Counted from the first letter of the stretch, positions 10,996-23,747 are shown. The stretch: DNA of 64,000 bases from Nemertoderma westbladi (GCA_032718475.1 JAUCBJ010008278.1:1-64000), one strand, 5' to 3'. The notes: generated by a model from the letters alone, not told the origin. Program-made: numbers and translations.

Positions 10996-11267
10996 ATAAC
11001 ATACTACAATGAATACAATGAATTCCACTTCAAATCTTTTCCATTTCCAATAATCCAATATCATTGGTCCCGATGACCAAAATCAGGGTAAACTAAACAT
11101 AAACGACCCTGCGTCAGTCGAAACATCTGCAGGGTGATGCTGGACTCCACATAACACACGAGGAAACACAAATACCATTGCGTGGTTACAGTTGGTTTAA
11201 GGGGGGTCCATAATTCATTGTCGATAAATCACAGTTTAAAAGAGTTTGTCAACATGATGAGAAGGGT

Positions 11268-11753
11268 TTAAACGCATTTGTCATTGTCACCGATGTCTGC
11301 AGCAGGATCTTGAGTAGGGAACTTATCACCTCTCGTAGAGTCACCGCTATCATTGCCTTCAAGAAGGCACAGCTTTTGGATGGGGCGTTGGTAGTGGCCC
11401 GATGCCGTTCGTATCGTCACAGTCCTCGCAAGTCCGTCTTTGCTTGGGTGTATGGTCACGACCCGCGCCACAGGCCAGTGAACGCGGTCTTTGAGATCTT
11501 CTTTAACTAGTACCATGTTGCCAACTGCGACGTTCCGGTAGGTGTTGTTTCATTTCCTCCTGGTCCGGAGGGTTATGAGGTACTCCTGGGCCCAAATTCT
11601 CCACCAATGCGCTGCCAACGCTTGGGCCTTTTTCCAGTTTGTATGTTTCGCGATCTCGTTGGGATCCGGGAACATGGTTTCCGGGAGAACGTGGGTTTTG
11701 GGTCTCCCCAGTAGGTGGTTAGGAGTGAGTGACTCAACTGAGGCATTCGCCAT
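11268..11753 (-). pseudogene. BEL/Pao integrase C-terminal region (DUF5641-like), one in-frame stop
   Basis: LTPNHLLG...WWRIWAQEYLITLRTRRK*...GNMVLVKED...WPVARVVTIHPSKDGLARTVTIRTASGHYQRPIQKLCLL. Confidence 0.92.
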
Positions 11754-11792
11754 CCGGGTATTATGGCAGATTAGTCCGTGCTCTCCCGTTAA

Positions 11793-13346
11793 CCCTATTA
11801 AACCCGGGGGGGGGGGTCAATATGACCCCTCCCGTGGTTTTTTTATTATAATTCTGAAACAAACGCAGTTGGAAATCTGAAATTTTATGACTTTTCCTAA
11901 AAATCTATTGTCTTCCTAGTAGTGAAAACCGTTTTCAAAAATATTGGGTACTTTTCGAGTTATAGCACCATTTTTTAACCCTACTTTTGGCACTTTTTTT
12001 GAGACGTTTTTTGAAAATTACATTTCATTAAATATGAATTGTAACATCTCTAATTTTGATTTACACCGGTTTTTTGGTGTTAGAAATTTGATGGAATTCA
12101 TATCAATTGATTTAGAAATTTCAAACTTGTATTTTTCGGCGGGTACCAAATTTTGGTGCCAGCACCAAATTTTGAAATAAGTCAATTTTGTAAATTGAAC
12201 GTTTGAAACTTGTTTTTTACGCAATTGGGGTTTTTTGGGTTTCTGGATTCGATGAAATATATACGAGTTGCACCAAGCGTAGCAAACTTGCATTTTTCGG
12301 TACTGTGTGCAAATTTTGGTGCTAGCACGAAATTTTGAAAATCCATTCAATAGATAAAAATGCTTGTGACAATTTATTTCTTGCGTTTTAGAGGTTTATG
12401 GCTGTTCTGAATTCAATGGAAAATATAATTATCGAACTAGACATCTCAAACTTGTATTTTTCGGATGTGGGTGCAAAATGTGGTGCTAGCACCAAATTTT
12501 GAAAACCATCAAATATATCAATTGATTGTGTCACCTTGTTTCTTGCGTTATACGGGTTTGTGATGGTTCTGAATTCAATGGAATCAGTAAAAATTTCATA
12601 AGAGTTCTCAAACTTGTATTTTTCGCCGGTGGGTGAAAATTGTTGTGCCAGCACCAAATTTTGGAAAATATGCAAATTGATAAGTAGATAGTATCACCTT
12701 GTTTCTTGCGTTATACGGGTTTATGAGGGTCCTGAATCCGATGGAATCAATAAAAACAGCACTGGACATCGCAAACTTGTACTTTTTGGTGATGGGTACG
12801 AAATTTGGTGCTAGCACCAAAATTTGCCAAATTACGCCGAAAAATACAAGTAGCAATGATCTGGTATATTAGAAATGTATTCCATTAGAATCAGCGCCCT
12901 CGAAAACCTGAAAATGTGAATTTATAGCATCGTATAAGTGAATTAAAAATTTTGTGTTCTAACTGAAAAGTGCTGGTTACTTGTTTTTTTCATTTTTTTC
13001 CTACGCAGAGAGGACCCTACAGCCATTTATAGTAATCATATCATTTTTTAATATTTTCCAATGTATTTTGCACCCCAGAAAACCTGTATTGAAAAATAAT
13101 TAGCCGAAAATGTAACTTTCAAATTTGGTGAAAATTGTGCACTACTTGTAATTTTGGTGCTGCAATATAGCCACCCCAGTACATTTTTTCGAAAATTTTT
13201 TTTTTCGGTCGGATCCAGACAAGTGATACCTACGTACATACAAAAAATCAGACGTTTTCGTAAATATTTGTAGATTTTAGAGGGGGGGGTCAATATGACC
13301 CCCTCCCGGTATTTGTACAACATTTTATAGCCCGGTACTAATAGGG
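11793..13346. mobile_element. piggyBac-like non-autonomous TIR element
   Basis: TTAA on both flanks (11789-11792, 13347-13350). TIR ccctattaNNNccggg. Subterminal palindrome ggggtcaatatgacccc near both ends. Internal ~120-bp repeats; no transposase. Confidence 0.9.
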
Positions 13347-13400
13347 TTAATGGTGTCAATGTTATCAACATCATTATTATCATCAACAACCTTATTAGCC

Positions 13401-16400
13401 ACCAAAGCATGGGCACGCGCCAATGTCCGTCTTTGAACGTGGCCTGATCAAAAAAGTTGGTACAATATTGATCTTCCTCAGACGGATTCTCGTCCTTCTC
13501 GGCAAACTCTCGGGTCTCCACATTAAAGCATCCGGTCATCTCCCGCTGGGTTCTCTCGGTTTCGAGAAATAAATCCTCATCGAGGTTTGTAGCTGAGCAA
13601 TATCCCACGGATGTTACATTTTCTTTAATCTGACATTTAGGAAGATATGTATAGGTGTCAGTAGTTTCTTCCTTGATGCCGCAGAGGGTCCATCCCATTA
13701 TGGTTCGTTCAGCGTAAAAGCCGTCATCTTTCTTTATGGATCGGGCGACATCTCCGGTAGGTATGTGTAATTCCGGTGTATCAAGTCCGATCAGTAGGGT
13801 GATGCGGTTTACGTCCAACTGCGGACACCTCAGATCTACATCGTCTCGGTCCAATTGTATGAGGGGGGCGTACTCGGCTGATTGTCGGAACCGCACCCGG
13901 AGGTCTGTGTGTACCAAGGCGTTCTTGATGGTTAACTTAACCGTTTCGTAGCCCTTCATCACTCCTTCCATCTGGAGTTGCACCTCCCCGGACTCTACCT
14001 CTCTGTTATCGGTGATGGTTTGTATGGGCCGTTTACAAGGTTCATATTCTAGGCCGAGTTGCTCGAGGAAATCCCGGTCGATGATGGTTCCGTCGGACCC
14101 GTTATCGAGGAACGCGAGTGTCGTCAAGGATTTGCCGACTCCTTGGATCCTTACTGGGATTACCTTTGCGAAGACCATGTAGCGGCGATTTATAAGATTA
14201 ATCGTGGCCGAAATATTTGTTACTTGTGGTGTATCGGTGGAGATTTTAAACGGGTTGGTTTCTCTCTGTTGGGTTGTCCGGGTTCCTTTGAAAACGTGGT
14301 TTGTTTCTCCTCTTCGCTTGGCTTCGATCCGAAAGGGGAGGGTAGTAAAATCGAAGTTCGCGGGGATGTGGAGGAGCGTGTGATGGCGTTGGTCGTTACA
14401 GACGGCACAGCATGATCTTTGGTCGCACTCCCGAACATAGTGACCTGTTCCAAGACACCGGAAGCATCCTCGGTGTTTCATTATCGCCTCGAAGCGTGGG
14501 ACGAGTTCGGCGAACTGAAACTTTCTGCAGAATTCCACTTTATGTTTCTCTCCACAGAAGAGACAGAGCAGGGAATTTGTGATGCCTTCCCTTTCGGGTG
14601 CCCAACTCGCGAGATAACATGCACATTCCTCGGCGGATGTCGGTTCCTCGTAGTCTTTGTCGTCGGAATCCTCGGCCATGGTGATGGCCATCGTACTCAC
14701 CGGTGGGGGGCGGAATCTCGGTTTCGGAGGGGTTATCTTACTCCTGGAGTTGCTCTCTATTCCGTCCAACTTGGCGAGACTCTGTTTTGAAAACATCGAG
14801 TCATTCATGGCTTCGGAGATATCGTCCAGGAATGCCGACATTTCAAGGAAGCTAGGATCTCGATCTGGATGTCTGCGCCGGAGATCTACACATTTATAAG
14901 CCCACTTACTTTGTAGCCATCCGGGGAACTTCCGGGCGATCTGTCGGAGGTTTAGAATGTTGTTCACCTGGTCCTCCTTATTTAAGGGTTTCAGAGTATA
15001 GTAGGCATCCTTCATAGAGTCGGAGAATTCCTGGATGTTCTGTGGGTCCCCTAGTGATCCCGCGTCCTGTATCAGTCTCTCTAGAGTTTTATTAATTATA
15101 GTCCCGGTATTTCTGTATCTTTTGTCTAGAGTTTTCCATGCGTCGTAGTATGCTTCATGAGAACCTCCCTCAAAACAAGCGATGATTCGGCGTGGTTTGT
15201 CACCCAGGTATTGCGATAAATATACCACTTTCTGTGCATCGGCTATGTCCGTTGATCCAATCTGCGCAAAGAACCGTTTCTTGAATCTGAGGTAATCTAC
15301 GGGATCTCCTTCGAAGGTGCGGATCTCCATCTTGGGCATGGAGAGGCGGTTTTCCAATGCCCGGATAATGCCGATGTTGTCCGAACTGGAGTGGTTCGGA
15401 GGGTTATAGTTATTGGCACTCTCTCCCATACTCGATGGATCAATGGTAGGTGGAGTTTTAATGATGACGCGACTACGGGTTTGTGGTGTGGATGTGAACG
15501 GGTTGTTGGATCGAGGAGTGGCGTCCGGTTCCGAGTCCCTTTCAGGCTCGTACTTGGGTACACTCGCTGTCGTGGTGTTGGATGGGAAATAAGGTTCCTC
15601 ATTCTTTAGCGTAGCCGGTGGGGGATGGAACACCGGTGCTAGTGCCGATAGCGTAGACTGTTTGGTAGGCGGGATCTCGGGTTTCGGAAGTTTCGCCGCT
15701 GTCGGTATAAATGACTTTTCTAATTCCGGTACCGGGATTGGTTCATATTCCTGATCTATATCCCTTTCCCAGTCCTCGTAGAGTTGAATATCTCGTTCTA
15801 TAAGTGCGGCTTCGTATTTCGCGAGTTTTGCAATATCCGAATTCTTTTTGTGGATGAGAATTGCTTGGGCCTCGGCGTGTTGTTTACGCATTTCTGCTTC
15901 CCAATTACGTTGTTCGATCTCTCGTTTGGCCTCTCGTCCGCGCTGTTCGGCCTCCTGTTTGCGTTGTTCGGCCTCCTGTTTGCGTTGTTCGGCCTGCCGT
16001 TCGTCCTCTCGTTTGCGTTGTTCGGGCTGTCGTTCGGCCTCTCGTCTATGTTGTTCGGCCTCCTGTTTGCGTTGTTCGGCCTGCCATTCGTCCTCTCGTT
16101 TGCGTTGTTCGGCCTGCCGTTCGTCCTCTCGTCTATGTTGTTCGGCCTCTCGTCTATGTTGTTCGGCCTCCTGTTCGCGTTGTTCGGCCTGCCGTTCGGC
16201 CGCTTGTTCGGCCTCTCGCTTTTGTGTTTCGGCGGCTAATACATCTTGCTCGGCTTGCAGTTGAATATACTCATCTTCCATCCGAGCTTTGAGGGCTAAT
16301 GCCTTCCGTTCTCGCAGTTGGTCTCGGAGTGGCGGGGCCCCTTGAGAACTGCGCGCTGAGCCGGATATCTCGCTCCTAGCGCTGGAGTGCTGATTTCTAG

Positions 16401-16860
16401 CGGACCCCGTTCTCTTTCGATGTACTGCTGTCCTGATGCTGGAGGATCGTACTGATTCCGCGTCTGTTCTTTCAGCCCTCTTGTAATACTGTTCTTCATA
16501 GCCTCTCACAAGGCTGAGGGTCCTCCGGTGTTGTTTGCGGAACCCATCTAGATGTACAATGTGTTCTTCCAACTTGGGGTAGTTTTCCTGATCGGTGGAG
16601 GGAACGAGCTCTTGGTACGCCTGTATCATTCTTTCGTACTGCTGGAGGATATTTCGGATACTTTGAAGCTGAGTTTGTACCTCATTGAGGGGGGTTTTGA
16701 CTCCCTTGAGTTGTTTCTCCATCCGTTGATACGCTCGGGTTACTCCGCCTTTGAGAGCCCCTAGCCGACGGGTCATGTTCTTGACGTTTGGTACCTCGTC
16801 GGCTTCCGAGTCTGTGTGGTGATCCATCTCGTCGGTATCGGATACGTTATTTGTCGTCAT
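13401..16860 (-). CDS. gag-pro: BEL/Pao Gag-protease polyprotein (computed ORF 13048-16860 reads through into filler and the piggyBac-like insert)
   Basis: DUF1759-like TFEGDPVDYLRFKKRF...KVVYLSQYL. Knuckles CLFCGEKHKVEFC, CFRCLGTGHYVREC, CAVCNDQRHHTLLH. Protease AFLDNGSDGT. AERTIMGWTLCG. BEL-like sequence ends at DGHWRVPMLW. Confidence 0.93.
15910..16220 (-). repeat. In-frame 21/33-bp repeats encoding a coiled-coil tract in Gag
   Basis: Iterated EAEQRKQ / EDERQAEQRKR. Confidence 0.9.
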
Positions 16861-17048
16861 TGTAACGCCTTGTCGATAGCTAGATACGCGATGTCATAAA
16901 ACTGTTCCTCGTAGGTATTGTACTCAGCTTGGACCACCCGAACGGTAATCCTGAATCGTCCGACGTTCGTTCCTTGTACTTCAACTTCGACGTGCCAGAT
17001 TCCTGGCTCAACTTGGATTATATCAATGGGTGTGATCGATACTTCCAT
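16857..17048 (-). CDS. 63-aa upstream ORF whose stop overlaps the gag start (ATGA)
   Basis: ATG start; TGA at 16859-16857 overlaps the gag ATG at 16860-16858; protein-like composition. Confidence 0.45.
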   Translation of the reverse strand: MEVSITPIDIIQVEPGIWHVEVEVQGTNVGRFRITVRVVQAEYNTYEEQFYDIAYLAIDKALQ

Positions 17049-17298
17049 TCCCTGTTAACAACTCTCCAAATATGTGATCTGCCGACTACGAGTTGGTTAG
17101 ATCGAGTTTGTTGATTAATTAAACCACGACTTCGTCTCAACTCAAATACTAGAGTTTCCTCGTAGTGGGTGCTGGCAAGCACGTAGAGAGTTTTGAAGAG
17201 TATTGAAGGATTCTCAACTTCCACCAGTTGAAGTTGACCGTAATTATTCTTAATTTTGACACCCTGTCAAAATTGACCACATTAATTATTCTTAATTT

Positions 17299-18903
17299 TG
17301 TTGCCGTTATCCCAACACCAGGGGGGAAAAACGCCGATGCTGGAGACGTGACTTTACAGACCACCGAGCCCAGGCCAGTCACCGGATATTGATTGTGGAG
17401 AAGGAATGTTTTCTGAGATGCAAGTTTGCGGTTGATAAAAAGCTGCATTAGTTGGATATACTCTTTAATGTAACTTCCTATAGTTGAAACCTGTTCAACA
17501 TCATTGAAACCTGAAACCTGATTAAGAATAATTTTGGGCTTCCCCAAATCAATATACACCAAATATTCACAATAATTATACACGATAATATAAATCCCTA
17601 CAGTATATTATTTAATTACCCACTATTCGCTCAGATTTTAGCCTACCTAATGTTCCCCAGATTTTCCCTCGGTCCTAGTCTTAGTGCCGTAGTGTCGGTG
17701 TCGGTCGACCCTGTCGCGTGTCCGTTCCACCCCTCACGAACCCCGAAGGGAACGATCATCGAGAACCAGCACGGCTTGGCTAAGGGTCGGTCCATTCGGT
17801 AGACTCTGTTGCGTATCCGTACCGCCCCTCTCGAACCCTGAAGGGATCGGTGATCGAGAACCAGTACGGCTTAGCTAGGAGTCTGTCGTGTCGGTGGACC
17901 CATTCGCGTGTCCGTTCCACCCCTCACGAACCCCGAAGGGTTCGATCATCGAGAACCAGAACGGCTTGGCTAGGGGTCCGTCGGTTCATCGCAGAAACCC
18001 AACCACCTAGGCTTTCCGAGTCCCTTTCAGGCTCGTAGTCGCTTCGGCAGCCGAGAAACTGCTCCGAACAGTCGGTAGGCCAGTAGAGTCTAGTCCTTTG
18101 TCTTTCGACCCCGTCGCGTGTCCGTTCCACCCCTCACGAACCCCAAAGGGAACGATCATCGAGAACCAGTACGGCTTGGCTAAGGGGTCTGTCGTTGGTT
18201 CCCGTCGCAGATCCCGGTACAAGCAGTCAGCGTTCCGAGTTCTTTTCAGTCTCGTAATAGCTGCCGTTGACCAGAGACCGCTAAGGGCAGTCCTCGTCAA
18301 ACCAGTCCTGTGGCCAGCCCTTTCGCATGTCCGTCCCACCCCTCGCGAACCCCGAAGGGATCGGTCATTGAGAACCAGTACGGCTTAGCTCAGGGGGCAG
18401 TCGTTAGTTGGCCACCCGTTCGCGTGTCCGCTCCACCCCTCACGAACCCCGAAGGGTTCGATCATCAAGAACCAGAACGGCTTGGCTACTAAGGGGCCGT
18501 CGTTTCCCGTCGCAAATCCCTGACACAAGCAGTCAGCGTTCCGAGTTCTTTTCAGTCTCGTAATAACTGCTGTTGGCCAGGGACCGCTAAGGGCAGTCCT
18601 TGTCCTTTAGGCCTGGCGCATTACCAAATCCACCCCTACAGGCAGCAGGAAGTTGGCCTGCTAATAGTACTCAGGCTAACCTGAATACTGCTTGCATTTT
18701 CCTTCCCCCCCTGGCCCTTATAACTATGAAATTATTCCCGTACCCTGTAAGTTCCCCCAAAGTTCGCCCATAAATCGCCCCCAGTTTATTGAATGTGCCC
18801 AAAACCCATGGTCCCGCACCCAGTAGTAATATCGGAATAATCAATTTTAATAAAATACAAAAATATTCAACTCGCGTTATGGAAAGTTGAAATACCGCGA
18901 ACA
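17299..18903 (-). repeat. 5' LTR of BEL/Pao element
   Basis: tgttgccgtt...taccgcgaaca, followed by TSD tatta. Confidence 0.96.
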
Positions 18904-19110
18904 TATTATGTTCAGTACCTTTACGCCATATGACCTTAAATTGGTATGCGCTAAGTTGCATTTTATAATTTTGCAGTTTTACATTATCAATCATGTCCAG
19001 GGTGTATTTGTTGAAAATCGTGACTAATGAACAGTGATCAGTTACTATGGAATATGTTGGAAGTCCAGCAAGGTAGAGGTGTGATTTCTTTGTTGCCCAA
19101 ACAATAGCAA
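18904..19110 (-). pseudogene. Ty3/Gypsy RNase H fragment
   Basis: AIVWATKKSHLYLAGLPTYSIVTDHCSLVTIFNKYTLDMIDNVKLQNYKMQLSAYQFKVIWRKGTEHN. Confidence 0.92.
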
Positions 19111-22067
19111 CCCGGGTTGAGATTCTTAGTATATTTCCTAAGTTCTAAACAAGTCTGCTTAGAAAGGCTTAGAACGCTTAGCAACGCTGGTGCAAAGGGT
19201 GAGTAAAGTACTTAACAAATTTTCCAATTTCATAAAAATGACATTGCAAGTTTATAATGTTTAGTAAGTTGTTGCTATGTGACTGACAAGTATTACAGGA
19301 TATATAAACGTGCTTTATATGTAACCGATGATATATGCAAGCACTTTGCAAGTGTAATGAACTAATAACATGCGCATTACAAATCTAGCATATATCTGTA
19401 ACCTATATATTCCCGGCACTAGTTCGAACCTGCGTCGCAAATTTTTTTAAGTAATAATTATTTTTGAAAAATAAATGTTGTGGGAAGAGTGGCGGTTAGC
19501 TTTCGAATGAAAGTAAATGATGACCCCCCCCCCCCCCCCCCTCTGAGACAAGAGAAACAACACACGGAACATCATAGTGAGTGATGTACTGTATGCTATG
19601 CACTTGTGTTTGGTTTGATACTCTTTGTTGCAACCCCCCCCCCCCCCCCTCCCCTATGACATATGTAAACAAATTAATACCGAGACTCAATGTTTTTAAT
19701 ATAAACAACATATAAACAAACATATTATTACTGTACGTTACATACACATCAGATCTAAACGCGTAAATACTGTAGGTCTACACTAAAACACAGTTACGTC
19801 GGAAAAATTTATCCAAAAAGTTCAAAAATGGTATTCCTCATTTCTGTTTATGCAATAATACTATTTAATTCAAATTTGTAATCTTATCAAGCGCTACAGT
19901 AGATTACGATTTGAGCACGAAATAAAATAGAAAATTTATCACCCGTCATATAAAGTTACCAATAACATCATCATATTATATTATAACTATATGGATTGCA
20001 GCAATTGTATTTTGAACATTAGGGTTAACTTTTCCCAACGAAAATAGTGGTTCAATGAATACATTAAAATTAGAAATACATACACAGAAACATTAAAAAT
20101 GATTTTAGACATGTTCAAAATCATTAATACAAGGAATTCCAAATAATGAAGTGCTACGGCTACCATTCATAGTACTGGTATTGTAGATATAGATATAAGG
20201 TTATTATTGAGATTAGATGCAGGATAACTAGCGGTTCATTGTGGTGGTCCAGTTGAATTTTAGAGCATTTTTTTACAATTTCGTTACCGGTACTACCCGG
20301 TGTCTGTGAGAAAAGACGGTTTCCTTGGGAAAATGTCTGGAAAACACAGAATAAAAAATCAGGGAAAATATTTTTAAAGTAGGCCTACTTTTTTATCTTC
20401 ATTTTGTTATTTTTTATTGGGAGCTGCCGCTCCCATACCCCAGACCCCCGTTTAGTACAATGAAACAGCTTTAACAATAATATAATATAAAGCAAAATTA
20501 CAATTAATATTATACTCTGAGAGTTTTACAAGAACCTACAGTAACTATAATGCCAAATAGATAACACAGATACAAATAAGAGAAAGCACAACACAACATA
20601 GTTTACAGATTCAGTTTACAGCGTCAGACGAGTGGAGTGATCGGCAATCCATCCTCCGTACCCAGACCACTGTGCCACTATAGCCTCGACTCCCTGATGC
20701 AATGAGAAGCCCCTCGAACTATGGCGAACTGCACACGGCGGCGAACCCACTCCATGACGGTGCTATAAGGTCTGTCCCAGTTGTGGTGTAACCTATCAGC
20801 GAAGATACTCGGGAGCTTGTTGGCATGCGGTGCCAGAACTCCATTCTACGGAGAGACAAGAGACTACGAAGGGTGCAAAAGTCCGCTCTCCTCTGTCTCG
20901 CTGGTTCCACATATAGTGCGGTTTTAGCGTCCTCCACAGATTCTAGGACCCTCATCGGGGGGCGTCCCGCATATGGCTCGGCGTCATCGGTTTACGACCC
21001 TGATATCTAACAACGCCTGAGTCTGCCGGTTGAATGCCCCCCGAACTCATACATCACACCAAGTCCTGCCTCTCCACTTAATCCAGGCTGGTCTCTGACT
21101 ATGGGTTCCGACTGTCACGTTTCGTGGTCCAAATGCTAGAGAGGCCAGATCCCCAACAACATCACGGAGTTCAATATATGTCTTTGGATTATGAGGCCTT
21201 TTTTAAATTCCAATTCTTCCAAAGTCAATTGTTATTAATCAAATTTCACTAACATTCAAATAACTTGAATTTTAATTGTATCAATTAGGCATTAATTCAA
21301 TTAAATTGTCAATTAGCAACAATCGGACAATTAGGCAAACCATAAATATTTCATTAACGATATAGACAGTACAAACAAAACAAATAAACAATAAACAAAA
21401 CAAGTATACAAAAGGCACTAAACAATTAAAGATTACAAAACTCTATAAATAATAACAAAATTAAAGAGTACAAAATACAATAAACAATTGAATTGAAGTA
21501 AACAAACAGCAATAAAGCTACCAGTATAAATTAAAGTAACAAAACGCTATACACTATTTATTAAAGTAAGCAAAACTCATTAAACAATTAAACGTAAATA
21601 AAGAAAACTCAATAAACGCAACTCTGCAGTTCAGCAGTAGGCCTACTGACCACAAAATGACTGAATGAGTCATTTATTGGCGGTGGATCATGTGACTGAT
21701 TTTTAATTGCAATGCGTGTCAAGCACCACTAAAGTTCTTATTAAATTTTTGTCAAGTTATAAAGTCAACGAAAGTATGTTCTAGGTATACAAAATTTGTT
21801 AAAAATTTGCTAAGTGCATTGCATGATTATAAAGTCATCGAAATTATATTCTAGGTATACAAAATTTGTTAAGAATTTGTTAAGTGCATTGCATGATAAG
21901 TGCCCACCCAAATATTTCTTAAAATCTATACTGTACTTGGCAAGTATTTTTTAATTCCTTAACAAATAATGCAAAATGTGGTAATTGTAAAAATTTAGTA
22001 AAATTATCATGCCAGTACCTTGCCATTAGGTAGTACTTTACTAATATGATAAGATTCTCAACCCGGG
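19111..22067. mobile_element. Non-autonomous TIR DNA element with CCC...GGG ends, CACTA/EnSpm (CMC)-like
   Basis: 25-bp TIR cccgggttgagattcttagtatatt versus cccgggttgagaatcttatcatatt (reverse complement of the right end). Apparent 2-bp AA TSD. Interrupts the Gypsy ELE|ALAIVW motif. Superfamily assignment is tentative. Confidence 0.75.
20620..21180 (-). pseudogene. 3' fragment of a restriction-like-endonuclease non-LTR retrotransposon (CRE-like)
   Basis: VRGAFNRQTQALLDIRVVN, VLESVEDAKTALY...RRADFCTL and NWDRPYSTVMEWVRRRVQFAIVRGASHCIRESR, spread across shifted frames. Confidence 0.75.
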
Positions 22068-22512
22068 AAGGGCTTTCCAATTCTATCATTCATATCTACT
22101 TTCTGCATCAGATAAAAAACGTGATCCACATTGTATTAGCTTCCATTCATCATCAAATTTTTGCAATAGTGCAAATCCAATGCCGTTTTTGCGTGATGCA
22201 TCAGTTTGGAGACTGGTTTCTGCATTTGGGTCGTAATTTGCCAAAATTGGTGGTGAAGTAAGTGCTGATTTTATAGCTTCAAAGGCCAATTCATGATTAG
22301 TTGTCCAACTGAATTAATTTCTAATTTTCAGAATATCACGAAGTGGAGCTGCTGTTTTACTAATTTTATTGGAGAATTGAGCCAATTGTTGTACTAATCC
22401 CATAAAGGAGCGCAACTCTGTGCGGTTAGTTGGAACCAGAAATGACGTTATAGCTTTGATCTTATCAGGGTCTGCTTTATTCCATCATTGGTCAAAATAA
22501 AACCAGCAAATT
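22068..22512 (-). pseudogene. Ty3/Gypsy RT C-terminus and RNase H start; upstream part missing
   Basis: ADPDKIKAI...ELRSFMGLVQQL...AFEAIKSALTSPPILANYDPNAETSLQTDASRKNGIGFALLQ...CGSRFLSDAESRY. Confidence 0.93.
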
Positions 22513-22559
22513 TGGGGGCCACATGTCTAAATGTTATATACCCTGCCATTTCTTTGCTT

Positions 22560-23125
22560 TTAATCAGTTTAAGTTGAAACTTGACTGATATATACTAGAC
22601 CGAAGACCTTCAGCTGTGTCTTTCAAATGAGGCTAATCTGTAGTTCTCCAGCCTGCTGCTGGAGAGCGAAATGTCTGAGTGAAATCCATCCCTGATTTAG
22701 TTACATATTTATGACCCGTTCAAGCTGAAACTTATGAGATACAGGATCTATCTAGAATACAGCCTGCGTCTTCGTGGGGATTGTAAACGGTCTGCATTTC
22801 TCCAGTCTACCACTAGAGGGCGAAATGTCTAAAAGTGTAAACCTTCCCAATTGTGTTGTTTAAACTGAATATTGGTACTGTACATATTTATTAGACCACA
22901 TGATGCGTCTTTGTGAGGAAGGTGATCGTTCTGCAGTTCTCCATTCTGCCGATAGAGGGCGAAATACCTGAAAGTGAAAAACTTATCTCATTTTATTATT
23001 TGTTATCCGTTCAAGCTGAAACTTGGCAGATATATACATGTTAGACCAACCATAATGGGCGTTATTGTGGTGACGGTTATCCGACGGTAGTTCTCCATTA
23101 TACCGCTAGAGGGCTGAAATTAAAA
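22560..23125 (+). repeat. Four degenerate ~150-bp tandem repeats, each with a CTCF-like motif
   Basis: Recurring aagctgaaactt...tagacc...gttctcca...ccactagagggcgaaa. Confidence 0.65.
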
Positions 23126-23747
23126 AGGTATTTTAGGTCTTAAACAGACTGCAGTTACCTCTGTGGTAAAGTAAAGTAGAGGGGGGGGGGGGGGGGGGGG
23201 GGGAAATCTAAATCTGCTTATAATTTGCTAATAATTGACACTTGACATAAGTTTTACAGTATCTCGGGTGCTGCGCGAATGCCCAACTTCGTGTAGATAA
23301 TGTTACATAGATTCGACATACCCGTAATGAGGGAGGCCTATAATTATGGCTACGATACCTACTGTAGATATTAGTGGAACTGAAACAGGTTGTGGGAATA
23401 GGCGCACACGGAGTTAATTAAATTAACCTTTATCATAGAGTTTATAGTTCCAGTAAGCGTATGGTTCAAATAGGCATTGTATGGTATGAAAATTATTTAT
23501 GGGGTGGGTTGATCAGATTTGAAATCCTTTTGAAAATGTTTAAAATTCACCATAACGCTTTTTATACTAGAACATTATGTATACCGGTATATTTCCATTT
23601 ACTTTCCATTTCCTTGGTCAGACACCTACGGTAACAAAATAGGTGCTTCTGATTGTCTAATAGTCATAATTGCAAAATATTTGGATTGGTCCGTTCTTAA
23701 AATGTATCTCCTCCTACAATTCTGAAAATTGGTGAGTGAAAATTGGG

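Larger units (their letters stand above)
4454..18903 (-). mobile_element. Full-length non-autonomous BEL/Pao LTR retrotransposon with extra ORFs
   Basis: Two TGT...ACA LTRs (4454-6061, 17299-18903). 5-bp TSD TATTA (4449-4453, 18904-18908). Polypurine tract next to the 3' LTR. BEL-type gag, protease and integrase C-terminus. Removing it rejoins the Gypsy frame (KGTEHN|IPDA). Confidence 0.95.

Noticed and set aside
13048-13400. C-terminal ~115 aa of the 1270-aa ORF, including a hydrophobic stretch resembling a transmembrane segment
   Set aside because: Read-through into deletion filler and the piggyBac-like terminal repeat; not env.
15784-16292. Plus-strand repetitive ORFs opposite gag
   Set aside because: Antisense shadows of the coiled-coil repeat.
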